A DNA stretch of 64,000 nt, from positions 1,724,496-1,788,495 of the forward strand of contig CAWEWQ010000001.1 in assembly GCA_963812845.1 (NCBI GenBank), in the 5' to 3' direction. Positions 42,071-49,852 of this stretch are shown in pieces (positions within the stretch are counted from its first letter, which is position 1; every line of letters begins with the position of its first letter). The stretch comes from an uncultured Actinomycetes bacterium. Lineage in GTDB: Bacteria > Actinomycetota > Thermoleophilia > Solirubrobacterales > 70-9. Both the position numbers and the translations under genes were made by a program. Below the pieces are notes generated by a model. The model was given only the letters and a program-made list of their open reading frames with translations. It was not told where the DNA came from and ran no database searches.

Positions 42071-42451
42071 TCAGGCGGGAATCTCGGCGCCCGTCAGGGG
42101 GTGCAGCTCGCCGCGGGCCAGCGCCTCCGTGCGCAGGTGGGCGATCGCCTGGTAGGCCTCAGAGCCGATCATCTCGAGGAAGGCCCGGCGATTCGGGTAC
42201 TCGACCAACAACACCAGGTCCCATGAGCGGTCGCCGAGGAGCACGGGATCCGCCTCGCCGGCGAAGACGACCCGCGCCCCCGCTTTCTCCAGCAACGGGG
42301 CGACAGCCGCGCCGTATTCGGCATAGCGCTCGCGGCCGCCGTCGGGGACGAACTCGAGCAGGTTCAACATCGTTACGGTGGTGGTCTCGTCAGCGCGCTC
42401 GTTGAATGCGGCGAAACCGGTTTCGTTGGGTTGCTCGGGCAGCGCGTCCAC
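42071..42451 (-). CDS. DUF1330 domain protein
   Basis: Intact 126-aa ORF: ..VTMLNLLEFVPDGGRERYAEYGAAVAPLLEKAGARVVFAG..WDLVLLVEYPNRRAFLEMIGSEAYQAIAHLRTEAL... Confidence 0.7.
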   Translation of the reverse strand: MDALPEQPNETGFAAFNERADETTTVTMLNLLEFVPDGGRERYAEYGAAVAPLLEKAGARVVFAGEADPVLLGDRSWDLVLLVEYPNRRAFLEMIGSEAYQAIAHLRTEALARGELHPLTGAEIPA

Positions 42452-42540
42452 GGCGGCAGCCTATCGCCGGGACACGGAGGCGGCAGCTCGAGGCTTCGCG
42501 TACATGCCCGCTTTCCTCGCACTATCGTTCCGCCGTCTCA

Positions 42541-45483
42541 ATGGCCGCACCGGGGAAAGAGTTCGAGCAACGCGTCGCGGACGTCTACAGCGCCCTCGGC
42601 TATCAGGTTGTGCAAAACACCCAACTACCGGGCCGGCAGACCGACATCTTCGCCGAGCGCTTCACCCCCGGCGGGCCCCCGATAAGGCTCGTAATCGAGT
42701 GCAAGGACGAAGCGGAACCCGTGGACAACACGGAGACGTTCAAGTTCATCACCAAGACGATCGCCCATCGCGACAGCAAGAGGGTGGACTTCGGCGTACT
42801 GGTAAGCGCCGGCGGATTCACCCACCCGGCACGCGCCGCAGCAGAGGAGCATCCGTTCATTCTCCTGCTCTCCTGGGAGGAACTGAACGCCGACCTCGTG
42901 GACGTTCGCCACCCCCTTCGCAAGCTGGTCACCGACTACGAGGCATCCGCCATCGGCCGGCACTATCTCCCCCTGGCCAGCGAAAAGCTCTCCTGGGCCT
43001 CGCTTGCCCCCGAGGGCTCCCCGCAGACTCTCGAGGACGTTCTCGAGCGCTGGAAATCCCCGCCGGGATCGGATCCCGGTGCCCCCAGCTCACTCTTTGT
43101 GCTCGGAGACTTCGGTGCGGGAAAGACCACTCTGCTTCACCACCTTCAGTACGACCGCGGCAAGGCCTATCTCGCCCAGGAGGACACGCGTATACCCCTC
43201 TTCGTGCCACTTCGGAATTTCCCCGAAATCGGGGACATGGGCGCCCTCCTGAAGGCGAGCTTCCGCGAGTCCTATGCGCGGGAGCTGACCACCGCCCTGC
43301 TCTGGCAGTACCTACGCGAAGGTCGGTTTCACCTCTTGCTGGACGGTTTCGACGAGATGGTCGAGCGCAGCGACGTCGACCGCCGCCTCGAGCTCTTCTA
43401 CCGCCTCGTCCCGCTGCTGCAGACGCACTCCCACGCCATCGTCACCTCCCGGCCCGGCTACTTCGTCGAGCGAGGCGAGCTCGAGGGCCTGCTCGCACGA
43501 TTGGACGCGCAGAGGAGCTCACCCAGCAGCTCGACGCCCCCCGTCGAAGGCGACAGCAGGCTCCCCGCCGGACTCCTGCAGCGCAAGCTCGTTGCGCACT
43601 ACCGCGAGACGCAGCCGGGCCTCGGCGGCGAGGGAACGGCGGTGCCTCCCTACAGCACCGAGGTCTTCCGGCTGCCGCCGCTCAGCAGGAAAAGGATCGA
43701 AGCCTTTCTGGATCGATATGCCGGCGAGTTGGAGGAGGTGGGCAGCAGCCCCGAGGCACTGATGACCTTCATCGCCAAGACCTACGATCTCTGGGACCTG
43801 GCCTCGCGCCCGCTGCTGCTCGACATGATCGTCAGATCCGTTCTGATGAAGGATCTGGATCCGAGCGAGACCGAAGTCCAGTACGGCGCCTCCGGCCTCT
43901 ATGAGATCTACACGGGGTCGGCCCTGCAGGTGGATCTTTACAAGGGAAGGACGCGCCAGGAGGGCCTTCCGACCGAGGTCCGGCGGATGCTCGCGGAGGC
44001 GCTTGCCGTCCACCTGTACGAAGAAGGCGTCCTCGCCGTGGATTTCCACGAAGTGCTGGAAAAGATCCTCCCGCGCAACGAACAGCTGACGCGGGCCCTT
44101 GAGAAAAGCGACTTCTCGACCCGAGAGATCGAAACCGATTTCGCCACCTGCTCGTTCGTCACCCTCGAGCGAGGGGGCAGCTGCCGCTTCATCCATAAAT
44201 CGTTTCGCGGCTTCTTCGTAGCCCGCGTGCTGAAAGCGCATCTGGAGCGGGATCACCGGCTTTTCGACGAGTGGCTGGACAAAGAGACCTTGTACTTCCT
44301 CGGCGGCTTTGCGCCGACCGATCGTGCTGTCGGACAGGCGCTGTGGTCGCGGTTCCAACGCTCCGCCGATCCGACCCGCCGTCGCAACATGCTCGTTGCC
44401 TTTCTCCACACCCAACCGATCCACACCTCGAAACGAATCGACACGGCCGAGGTGGCGGACGCGGATTTCGGACGCCTGAGCTTCCGGCGTTCGCGGATAA
44501 AGGACGTCATGTGGCGACGCTGCGCGATCAGGAAACTCGAGTTGGACCACGTGAAATGGGACAGCGTGGGTTTGGATTCCTCCCGGATCACCCACCTGCA
44601 CGCAAATGAAAGCGACCTCGATCTCGAGGCCTTGGACACGACCTTCGAAACCGTGGAGATGACCAAGGTGAAGAGCGCGCGATTCCGGTGCGACGCCTCG
44701 ACGATCGGCGCCCTCCGCCTCTCCGAAGCATCCCTGGATCTGAGCGGCCGCGACATTCAGATCGATCGCTTCGAGGGAAAGCGATGCGCATTTTCGACGC
44801 TGGACTCCAGGGAGATCCGGATGGGCGAGGTGGACGTCGACCAAAGCCGGATAAGGCTCGACCCCGGATGGGCATTCAAGAGACTGAAGGCAAGCCGAAC
44901 CGTGTTGGGCATGAGCCTCGAAGGCCTGGACAAATGCAGGCTCGACCTGGAGGAGTGCGTGATGAGGATCTCGCCCAAACCGACGCCTCCCGCCATATTG
45001 AAGTCGAGGGGCTTTCCCCTTCGCGATAAGACGAGTTTCCCCCTTCGCGACAAGACGAGGGTCGACCCGCATTCGGTCATTCTCTCTGTCGGCGACGTGG
45101 CCGGCTCGCTCTTGGACATCGGGCCGTGCGGCCTCTTCGGGGCCGTGGGGGATGGTGCTCCCGAGTTCGACCTCGGGCCCTTGCCGAAGGTGTGGGGGGT
45201 CGTCGACCTCGGAGATTCCATCCCCCGGGAGCTGAAAGAGCTCGACCCGGACATCAAAGGGGTTCGCCACGGAAACCTCCTGCTCGTGAGGGGGGCCTGG
45301 TACGAGCGTGAAGCTTTCCCCGGCGGCCGGCTGGCCTCGGTGGATCGATTGCATCGCTTCGCCGTCAAGTCGGCGGTTGACGAGAGCTTCGCCTCCTGGG
45401 ATCTCCTTCCCAGCCTCCTGGCCGCTGTCAAAGCTGAGTTCGACCAGGTGATGGCCGACGACTGGGCACCGCTCCGAAGGTAG
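42541..45483 (+). CDS. STAND/NACHT NTPase with N-terminal Mrr-type restriction endonuclease domain and C-terminal pentapeptide-repeat-like region (980 aa, intact); candidate antiphage NLR-like protein
   Basis: Residues from the ATG at 42541. Nuclease: GKEFEQRVADVYSALGY..TD35IFAE..VIE53CK55D..GVLVSAGGFTHPARAAAEE. Walker A: GDFGAGK195T (43114-43128). Walker B: HLLLDGFDE (43333-43356). NACHT-type ..SCRFIHKSFRGFFVA. About aa 636-810 show period-5 hydrophobic repeats. The gene is lower in GC than its flanks. Confidence 0.8.
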   Translation: MAAPGKEFEQRVADVYSALGYQVVQNTQLPGRQTDIFAERFTPGGPPIRLVIECKDEAEPVDNTETFKFITKTIAHRDSKRVDFGVLVSAGGFTHPARAAAEEHPFILLLSWEELNADLVDVRHPLRKLVTDYEASAIGRHYLPLASEKLSWASLAPEGSPQTLEDVLERWKSPPGSDPGAPSSLFVLGDFGAGKTTLLHHLQYDRGKAYLAQEDTRIPLFVPLRNFPEIGDMGALLKASFRESYARELTTALLWQYLREGRFHLLLDGFDEMVERSDVDRRLELFYRLVPLLQTHSHAIVTSRPGYFVERGELEGLLARLDAQRSSPSSSTPPVEGDSRLPAGLLQRKLVAHYRETQPGLGGEGTAVPPYSTEVFRLPPLSRKRIEAFLDRYAGELEEVGSSPEALMTFIAKTYDLWDLASRPLLLDMIVRSVLMKDLDPSETEVQYGASGLYEIYTGSALQVDLYKGRTRQEGLPTEVRRMLAEALAVHLYEEGVLAVDFHEVLEKILPRNEQLTRALEKSDFSTREIETDFATCSFVTLERGGSCRFIHKSFRGFFVARVLKAHLERDHRLFDEWLDKETLYFLGGFAPTDRAVGQALWSRFQRSADPTRRRNMLVAFLHTQPIHTSKRIDTAEVADADFGRLSFRRSRIKDVMWRRCAIRKLELDHVKWDSVGLDSSRITHLHANESDLDLEALDTTFETVEMTKVKSARFRCDASTIGALRLSEASLDLSGRDIQIDRFEGKRCAFSTLDSREIRMGEVDVDQSRIRLDPGWAFKRLKASRTVLGMSLEGLDKCRLDLEECVMRISPKPTPPAILKSRGFPLRDKTSFPLRDKTRVDPHSVILSVGDVAGSLLDIGPCGLFGAVGDGAPEFDLGPLPKVWGVVDLGDSIPRELKELDPDIKGVRHGNLLLVRGAWYEREAFPGGRLASVDRLHRFAVKSAVDESFASWDLLPSLLAAVKAEFDQVMADDWAPLRR

Positions 45484-45505
45484 TCGCCTCCTCTGAGGGC
45501 AAGAG

Positions 45506-45579
<74 letters not shown>

Positions 45580-45609
45580 GTGGGCCGAGCGTACCGCGCG
45601 GGTGCGAAC

Positions 45610-45975
45610 TCAGGCGCTGAAGAGCTGGGCGAGGGAGCGGCCGACGTCGGGGGGCTCCTCTTCGCCTTTCGCGGCGGCGGCGGCGCCGTCGGCGAGGGCC
45701 TTGGCGGCGTCGGCTATCTGGTGGTCGCGGCCGCCGCGGATCGTGCCGGTCTTCTTAGCTTCGGCGAGGTCGGACTCCATCAGGCCGGCGAGCTCGGCGA
45801 GTCGGCGCAGACCGACGACGCTCGCGGTCCCCTTGAGGGCGTGGGCTTCGGCGCGCATCGTCTCGAAGTCGGTGGTCGCGGTGGCGAGGCCGGCCGAGAT
45901 CACGTCGCAGCGCCGCTTTGCCTCTTCGGCGAAGGACTGCAGGAGCTCCTCCTCGGTTGCTGCTTTCTCGTTCAT
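45610..45975 (-). CDS. Hpt (histidine phosphotransfer) domain protein
   Basis: Intact 121-aa ORF: ..FETMRAEAHALKGTASVVGLRRLAELAGLME.. (HxxKG phospho-His motif). The ATG overlaps the upstream stop (ATGA). Confidence 0.7.
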   Translation of the reverse strand: MNEKAATEEELLQSFAEEAKRRCDVISAGLATATTDFETMRAEAHALKGTASVVGLRRLAELAGLMESDLAEAKKTGTIRGGRDHQIADAAKALADGAAAAAKGEEEPPDVGRSLAQLFSA

Positions 45976-47003
45976 TCGGCGATCGCTTTGTCGACTGCTT
46001 CATGCATCAACTTGAGCCCGAAAGCCCCCTCGACCGCGTCGGCGACGGTGCCCTTGCGATCGATCGTGAACAGAAACGGCTCGGTCGGCAGATGGAACTT
46101 CCGCACCTGGGGCCGGACTCCTTGCGCGGGGTCGTTGTCGTTGTAGATCTCCATGTGGATAAAGGCAGCCTCGTCACCGTATTCGTGTTTTGCCTGCTCC
46201 GCCACGTCGACTACGGGGCCACAGACCCGACTTTGGCAGAACTCGGGGGTCGCAAACAAGAGCACGATCGGTTCTTTTCCCAGCGCTTCCGCGTAATTCA
46301 CCTTGTTCTGATCGGTCGGCGTCTCGATCCGCGGTGCCAGGTCCCCTGGTTTCGGGATCCGCTTGAACTCGCCGACCACGACGCTCGGCAAGGGCGTTCC
46401 CCTGAGCTCTCCGTCCTCCTTGAGGATCGCGGCAATCCGCCACTCCCCGGCGCTGGGAAAGTCGAGGTCGGTCCAGTAGACGACGCGGGCGGCGTCGGCA
46501 TCTTCGGCCGTGCTCTTCGCCTCGAAGGCCGGCTTCGTGGCGAGGCTTTCGATCGCGGCGGGAAAGGGACCGTGGGCCGGCTGGTCGAGCGCCTGTTCCT
46601 GCGCTTTGGCGAGCTGCCCGCGATTGCCGGATTTCGACCGGGCTCCTGATGGCGGGGTCGGCACCTTTGCGTAATAGAGGGCGACTTCGGCGTCGGTGAC
46701 CTGTCCGTGGTCGTGATCGAAGACGCCGAACGGGTAGCGGTTCGAGCCTGGGTAGAAGACTTCCGCCGCCGGGTCGATGACGGATTCGGCGCGTGCGTCT
46801 GCCGCCTTCAGCACCTGGCGCAGGGTCCGTCCCTTGGCGCTGGGGAAATCGGCCTTCGGAGGGGCTTGGCGGCTTTCGGCCGATCCGGGCGCTGCCGTCG
46901 TCGAGTCGGAGCCCGAATCGCTCCCGCAGGCGCTGAGAAGCACCCCGCTCGCGAGCAGGCAGAGCAACGCGGTGGCGAGGCGGGGGGCGCGCATCGGCGG
47001 CAT
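45972..47003 (-). CDS. Secreted thioredoxin-fold (redoxin/SCO-like) lipoprotein
   Basis: MPPMRAPRLATALLCLLASGVLLSACG (lipobox), ..EPIVLLFATPEFCQSRVCGPVVD..EPFLFTIDRKGTV... Uninterrupted from the ATG at 47003. Confidence 0.5.
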   Translation of the reverse strand: MPPMRAPRLATALLCLLASGVLLSACGSDSGSDSTTAAPGSAESRQAPPKADFPSAKGRTLRQVLKAADARAESVIDPAAEVFYPGSNRYPFGVFDHDHGQVTDAEVALYYAKVPTPPSGARSKSGNRGQLAKAQEQALDQPAHGPFPAAIESLATKPAFEAKSTAEDADAARVVYWTDLDFPSAGEWRIAAILKEDGELRGTPLPSVVVGEFKRIPKPGDLAPRIETPTDQNKVNYAEALGKEPIVLLFATPEFCQSRVCGPVVDVAEQAKHEYGDEAAFIHMEIYNDNDPAQGVRPQVRKFHLPTEPFLFTIDRKGTVADAVEGAFGLKLMHEAVDKAIAE

Positions 47004-47053
47004 GTTATGGAGAGATAGGGTGCGCAGGGTTCGCGACGAGAAGGAGATGGGGA

Positions 47054-47785
47054 ATGGCTGAGCGTGCGGCATTGGTGACCGGGGCCTCGAGCGGGATCGG
47101 GCTCGCAATCGCGAAAACGCTCGGAGAAGAGGGCTACGCCCTGACCGTCTCCGCAAGGCGGCCGGAGAAGCTCGAAAAGGCCGCTGAGGGGTTGAAGTCC
47201 GAAGGGTTCGAGGTCGAGCCGATTCCGGCCAACATGGCCGAGGAGGACCACGTCGTCGCCATTTTCGCCGCCCACCGCCAGAAGTACGGCCGGCTCGACG
47301 CTCTCGTCAACAACGCGGGGGTCGGGATCGGCGCGCCGATGGAGGAGATCCAGACCAAGCACCTCGACATGCAGCTGGCGGTCAACCTGCGGGCGCTGAT
47401 CCTCGGCACCCGCGAGGGCCTGCCGATGCTGCGTGCGGCCGGTGCCGAGCACGGCAAGGCGCTGATCGTCAACACGGCCTCGATCGCCGGCAAGGGCGGG
47501 CAGGCCTGGCTCTCGATCTACGCGGCGACGAAGGCGGCGGTGATCAACTTCACCCAGTCGACCCACCGCGAGGCGGGTGGCGCGGGCATCCAGTGCACCG
47601 CATTGGCACCGGGGTTCGTCGAGACGCCGATGACCGAGTTCGTCCAGGGACAGATTCCGCCCGAGGAGATGATCCGGCCGCAGGACCTAGGCGAGGCCGT
47701 CCGCTTCCTCCTCCGCACCTCGCGCAACTGCCACGTGCCGGAGATCGTCTTCACGAGGCCCGGCGAGGGACTCGATACCCCCTGA
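47054..47785 (+). CDS. SDR family oxidoreductase
   Basis: Intact 243-aa ORF: ALVTGASSGIGLAIAK..LVNNAG..NTASIAG..YAATKAAVINFT..ALAPGFVETPM. Confidence 0.85.
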   Translation: MAERAALVTGASSGIGLAIAKTLGEEGYALTVSARRPEKLEKAAEGLKSEGFEVEPIPANMAEEDHVVAIFAAHRQKYGRLDALVNNAGVGIGAPMEEIQTKHLDMQLAVNLRALILGTREGLPMLRAAGAEHGKALIVNTASIAGKGGQAWLSIYAATKAAVINFTQSTHREAGGAGIQCTALAPGFVETPMTEFVQGQIPPEEMIRPQDLGEAVRFLLRTSRNCHVPEIVFTRPGEGLDTP

Positions 47786-47795
47786 CGGTCCGGGC

Positions 47796-49007
47796 GTGAG
47801 CGAGCGCCTGCGAATCCTGGTCGGCGCCTTCGGCGATGCAGGGCACGTCTTTCCGGCGATAGCGCTGGGCAAGGCCCTTGCCGGGCGTGGTCACGAAGTC
47901 GTGATCGAGACCTGGGAGGAGCGGCGGGGGGCGGTCGAGGGCGAGGGACTGGGATTCGCCGCGGCCGAGGAATACCGGATGTTCCCGCCGCCCGATCCGG
48001 ATTCGGAGGAGGGGCAGCACGCCGCCGAGGCGGCGCTGGCGCTGCGGCCGCTGCTGGACGACTTCCGACCCCACGTGGTGGTCAGCGACATCCTCACCCT
48101 GGCGCCGAGCCTGGCCGCCGAGCAAGCCGGGATTCCGCTCGCCACCCTGATCCCCCACATCTATCCCGTCGTCGAGCCCGGCCTGCCCTTCTTCGCGATC
48201 GGCCTGCGACCGCCGCGGACCAGCCTCGGCCGACGGGTCTGGCGGGCGGGGCACGACCGGGCCCTCAGGGTCGGCCTCGAACAGGGCCGACGCGATCTCA
48301 ACATCCAGCGCGAGCGGCTCGGCCTGCCGCCGATCGACCGCTTCCACGGCGGCATCAGCCCCGACCTGGCGCTGGTCGCCACCTACCCGCAACTCGAGTA
48401 CCCGCGGGACTGGCCCGCCGGCGTCGAGGTCACCGGCCCGATGACCTTCGAGATGCCGCATCCGGAGATCGAGCTGCCACCGGGTGAGGACCCGCTCGTC
48501 CTCGTCGCACCCTCCACCGCCCATGACTCCGAAAACCACCTGGTCCGCACCTCCCTGGCAGCGCTGGCGGACGAGCCGGTGCGGGTAGTGGCGACCACCA
48601 ATCGCGTCGCCCCCCAGAGCCCGATCGAGGTCCCGGCCAACGCCACCCTGGTCGAATGGCTCAGCTACAGCCAGCTGATGCCGCTCGCCTCGCTGGTCAT
48701 CTCCCACGGCGGCCACGGCACCGTCGCCCGCTGCCTCGGCGCCGGCACCCCGGTCCTCGTCTGCCCGATCATCGGCGACATGAGCGAGACGGCGATGCGG
48801 GTCGACTGGGCCGGCGCCGGCCTCTCGTTGCCGTGGCGGCTGTGCCGGCCGGGGCCGCTGAGGTGGGCGACTCGGCGGTTGCTGCACGAGCCGAGCTTTA
48901 CGGCGAAAGCCGAGGAGATCGCCGCCTGGGGGCGGGAGAACGATGGAGCGGCGCGAGGGGCGGAACTGGTCGAGCGGTTGGCATTGAGGAGTCTCGCCGC
49001 CGCTTAA
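47796..49007 (+). CDS. GT1-family (MGT/UDP-glycosyltransferase-like) glycosyltransferase
   Basis: Intact 403-aa ORF: RILVGAFGDAGHVFPAIALGKALAGRGHEV.., C-terminal ..LVISHGGHGTVARCLGAGTPVLVCPIIGDMSETA... Confidence 0.8.
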   Translation: MSERLRILVGAFGDAGHVFPAIALGKALAGRGHEVVIETWEERRGAVEGEGLGFAAAEEYRMFPPPDPDSEEGQHAAEAALALRPLLDDFRPHVVVSDILTLAPSLAAEQAGIPLATLIPHIYPVVEPGLPFFAIGLRPPRTSLGRRVWRAGHDRALRVGLEQGRRDLNIQRERLGLPPIDRFHGGISPDLALVATYPQLEYPRDWPAGVEVTGPMTFEMPHPEIELPPGEDPLVLVAPSTAHDSENHLVRTSLAALADEPVRVVATTNRVAPQSPIEVPANATLVEWLSYSQLMPLASLVISHGGHGTVARCLGAGTPVLVCPIIGDMSETAMRVDWAGAGLSLPWRLCRPGPLRWATRRLLHEPSFTAKAEEIAAWGRENDGAARGAELVERLALRSLAAA

Positions 49008-49010
49008 GAA

Positions 49011-49082
49011 CTCCGGGGGTGGGACTCGAACCCACAACCTAGCGGTTAACAGCCGCTCGCTCTTCCATTGAGCTACCCCGGA
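49011..49082 (-). tRNA. tRNA-Asn (GTT)
   Basis: TCCGGGGTAGCTCAATGGAAGAGCGAGCGGCTGTTAACCGCTAGGTTGTGGGTTCGAGTCCCACCCCCGGAG is a 72-nt cloverleaf with anticodon loop CTGTTAA. CCA is not encoded. It starts 3 nt after the GT1 stop. Confidence 0.9.
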
Positions 49083-49102
49083 TCGTGCTATGCCGGTCCG
49101 AA

Positions 49103-49798
49103 CTACCCCGGATCAACTCCTAAAACAGAATTTAGCGGCACAGCGCTAACTCCTGCCTCCACCTCTGCGTGGCAGTTCGCGCATAGGAGAGCGCACTTGC
49201 TCGCCTCGGCTCGAAGCTTGGCGATCGAACGGGTGCGGCCGCTGTGGGCAAGCGGGAACTCCTTCGTCTTCGGGTCCAGATGGTGAAACTCGAGAGCCCT
49301 GACGCATCGCGAGTAGCCACAGAGAATGCACGTCCCGCCAGCCTCCTCGACCAGGATGCGCTTTAGGCGATGACGCCGCCGCACAGTGGCCTCTACCCGA
49401 CAGCGCTTACAGCGGTAGTAGCCGCGGCCCTCGCGGACAAAGCTCGTCTCGCCATGGCGCTGACATCGGGAGACCATCTCGCGCGATCCATCCCCCGGAC
49501 CACGCCTGCGCCGGGGGTTGGGCTTCAGCTCGTACTTTCCCATCCAGTGGCGAACCGTCGCCAGACTGCGGTCCAACCGTTGTGCAATCTCCCGCAGCGA
49601 CAGGCCGGCAGCAAGCAACCGCTCCATCTCCTCTTTCGACACCGTCCCCTTTGGCGCATGCTTCTCGGTCTTTACCGCCGAAAGGCCGTACTTCTTCAGC
49701 CAGTAGCTGACCGTCGATTCGTGCTTGCCAGCGCGTTTCCCAATCGCCTCGAGGGACATTCCCTCCGCCAAGCACTCTTCGAGGAACTCCTTTTTCAT
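49103..49798 (-). CDS. HNH endonuclease with two N-terminal helix-turn-helix modules (free-standing, homing-endonuclease-like)
   Basis: Intact 231-aa ORF, lower GC. HTH modules: MSLEAIGKRAGKHESTVSYWLKKYGL and LSLREIAQRLDRSLATVRHWMGKYEL. Zn-ribbon: CQRHG..CKRCR. HNH: CILCGY..ALEFHHLDPKTKEF..KCALLCANCHAEVE. Confidence 0.75.
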   Translation of the reverse strand: MKKEFLEECLAEGMSLEAIGKRAGKHESTVSYWLKKYGLSAVKTEKHAPKGTVSKEEMERLLAAGLSLREIAQRLDRSLATVRHWMGKYELKPNPRRRRGPGDGSREMVSRCQRHGETSFVREGRGYYRCKRCRVEATVRRRHRLKRILVEEAGGTCILCGYSRCVRALEFHHLDPKTKEFPLAHSGRTRSIAKLRAEASKCALLCANCHAEVEAGVSAVPLNSVLGVDPG

Positions 49799-49852
49799 GT
49801 CTGCATCCTTGCAGGTGCTGCGGACAGAACCATTCGCAGACAGAACCCTTAG

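Noticed and set aside
42406-42540. N-terminal 45-aa extension of the STAND ORF given by the ORF track
   Set aside because: It is Arg-rich, overlaps the divergent DUF1330 gene start (42451), and precedes an ATG at 42541 after which the nuclease domain starts immediately. The start was set at 42541.
42452-42540. Possible att-type duplicate of the tRNA(CAT) 3' end at the far side of the STAND gene
   Set aside because: Only an 8-nt match (ggcagcct) is visible, which is not significant in this composition. No integrase gene is present, so island borders remain undefined.
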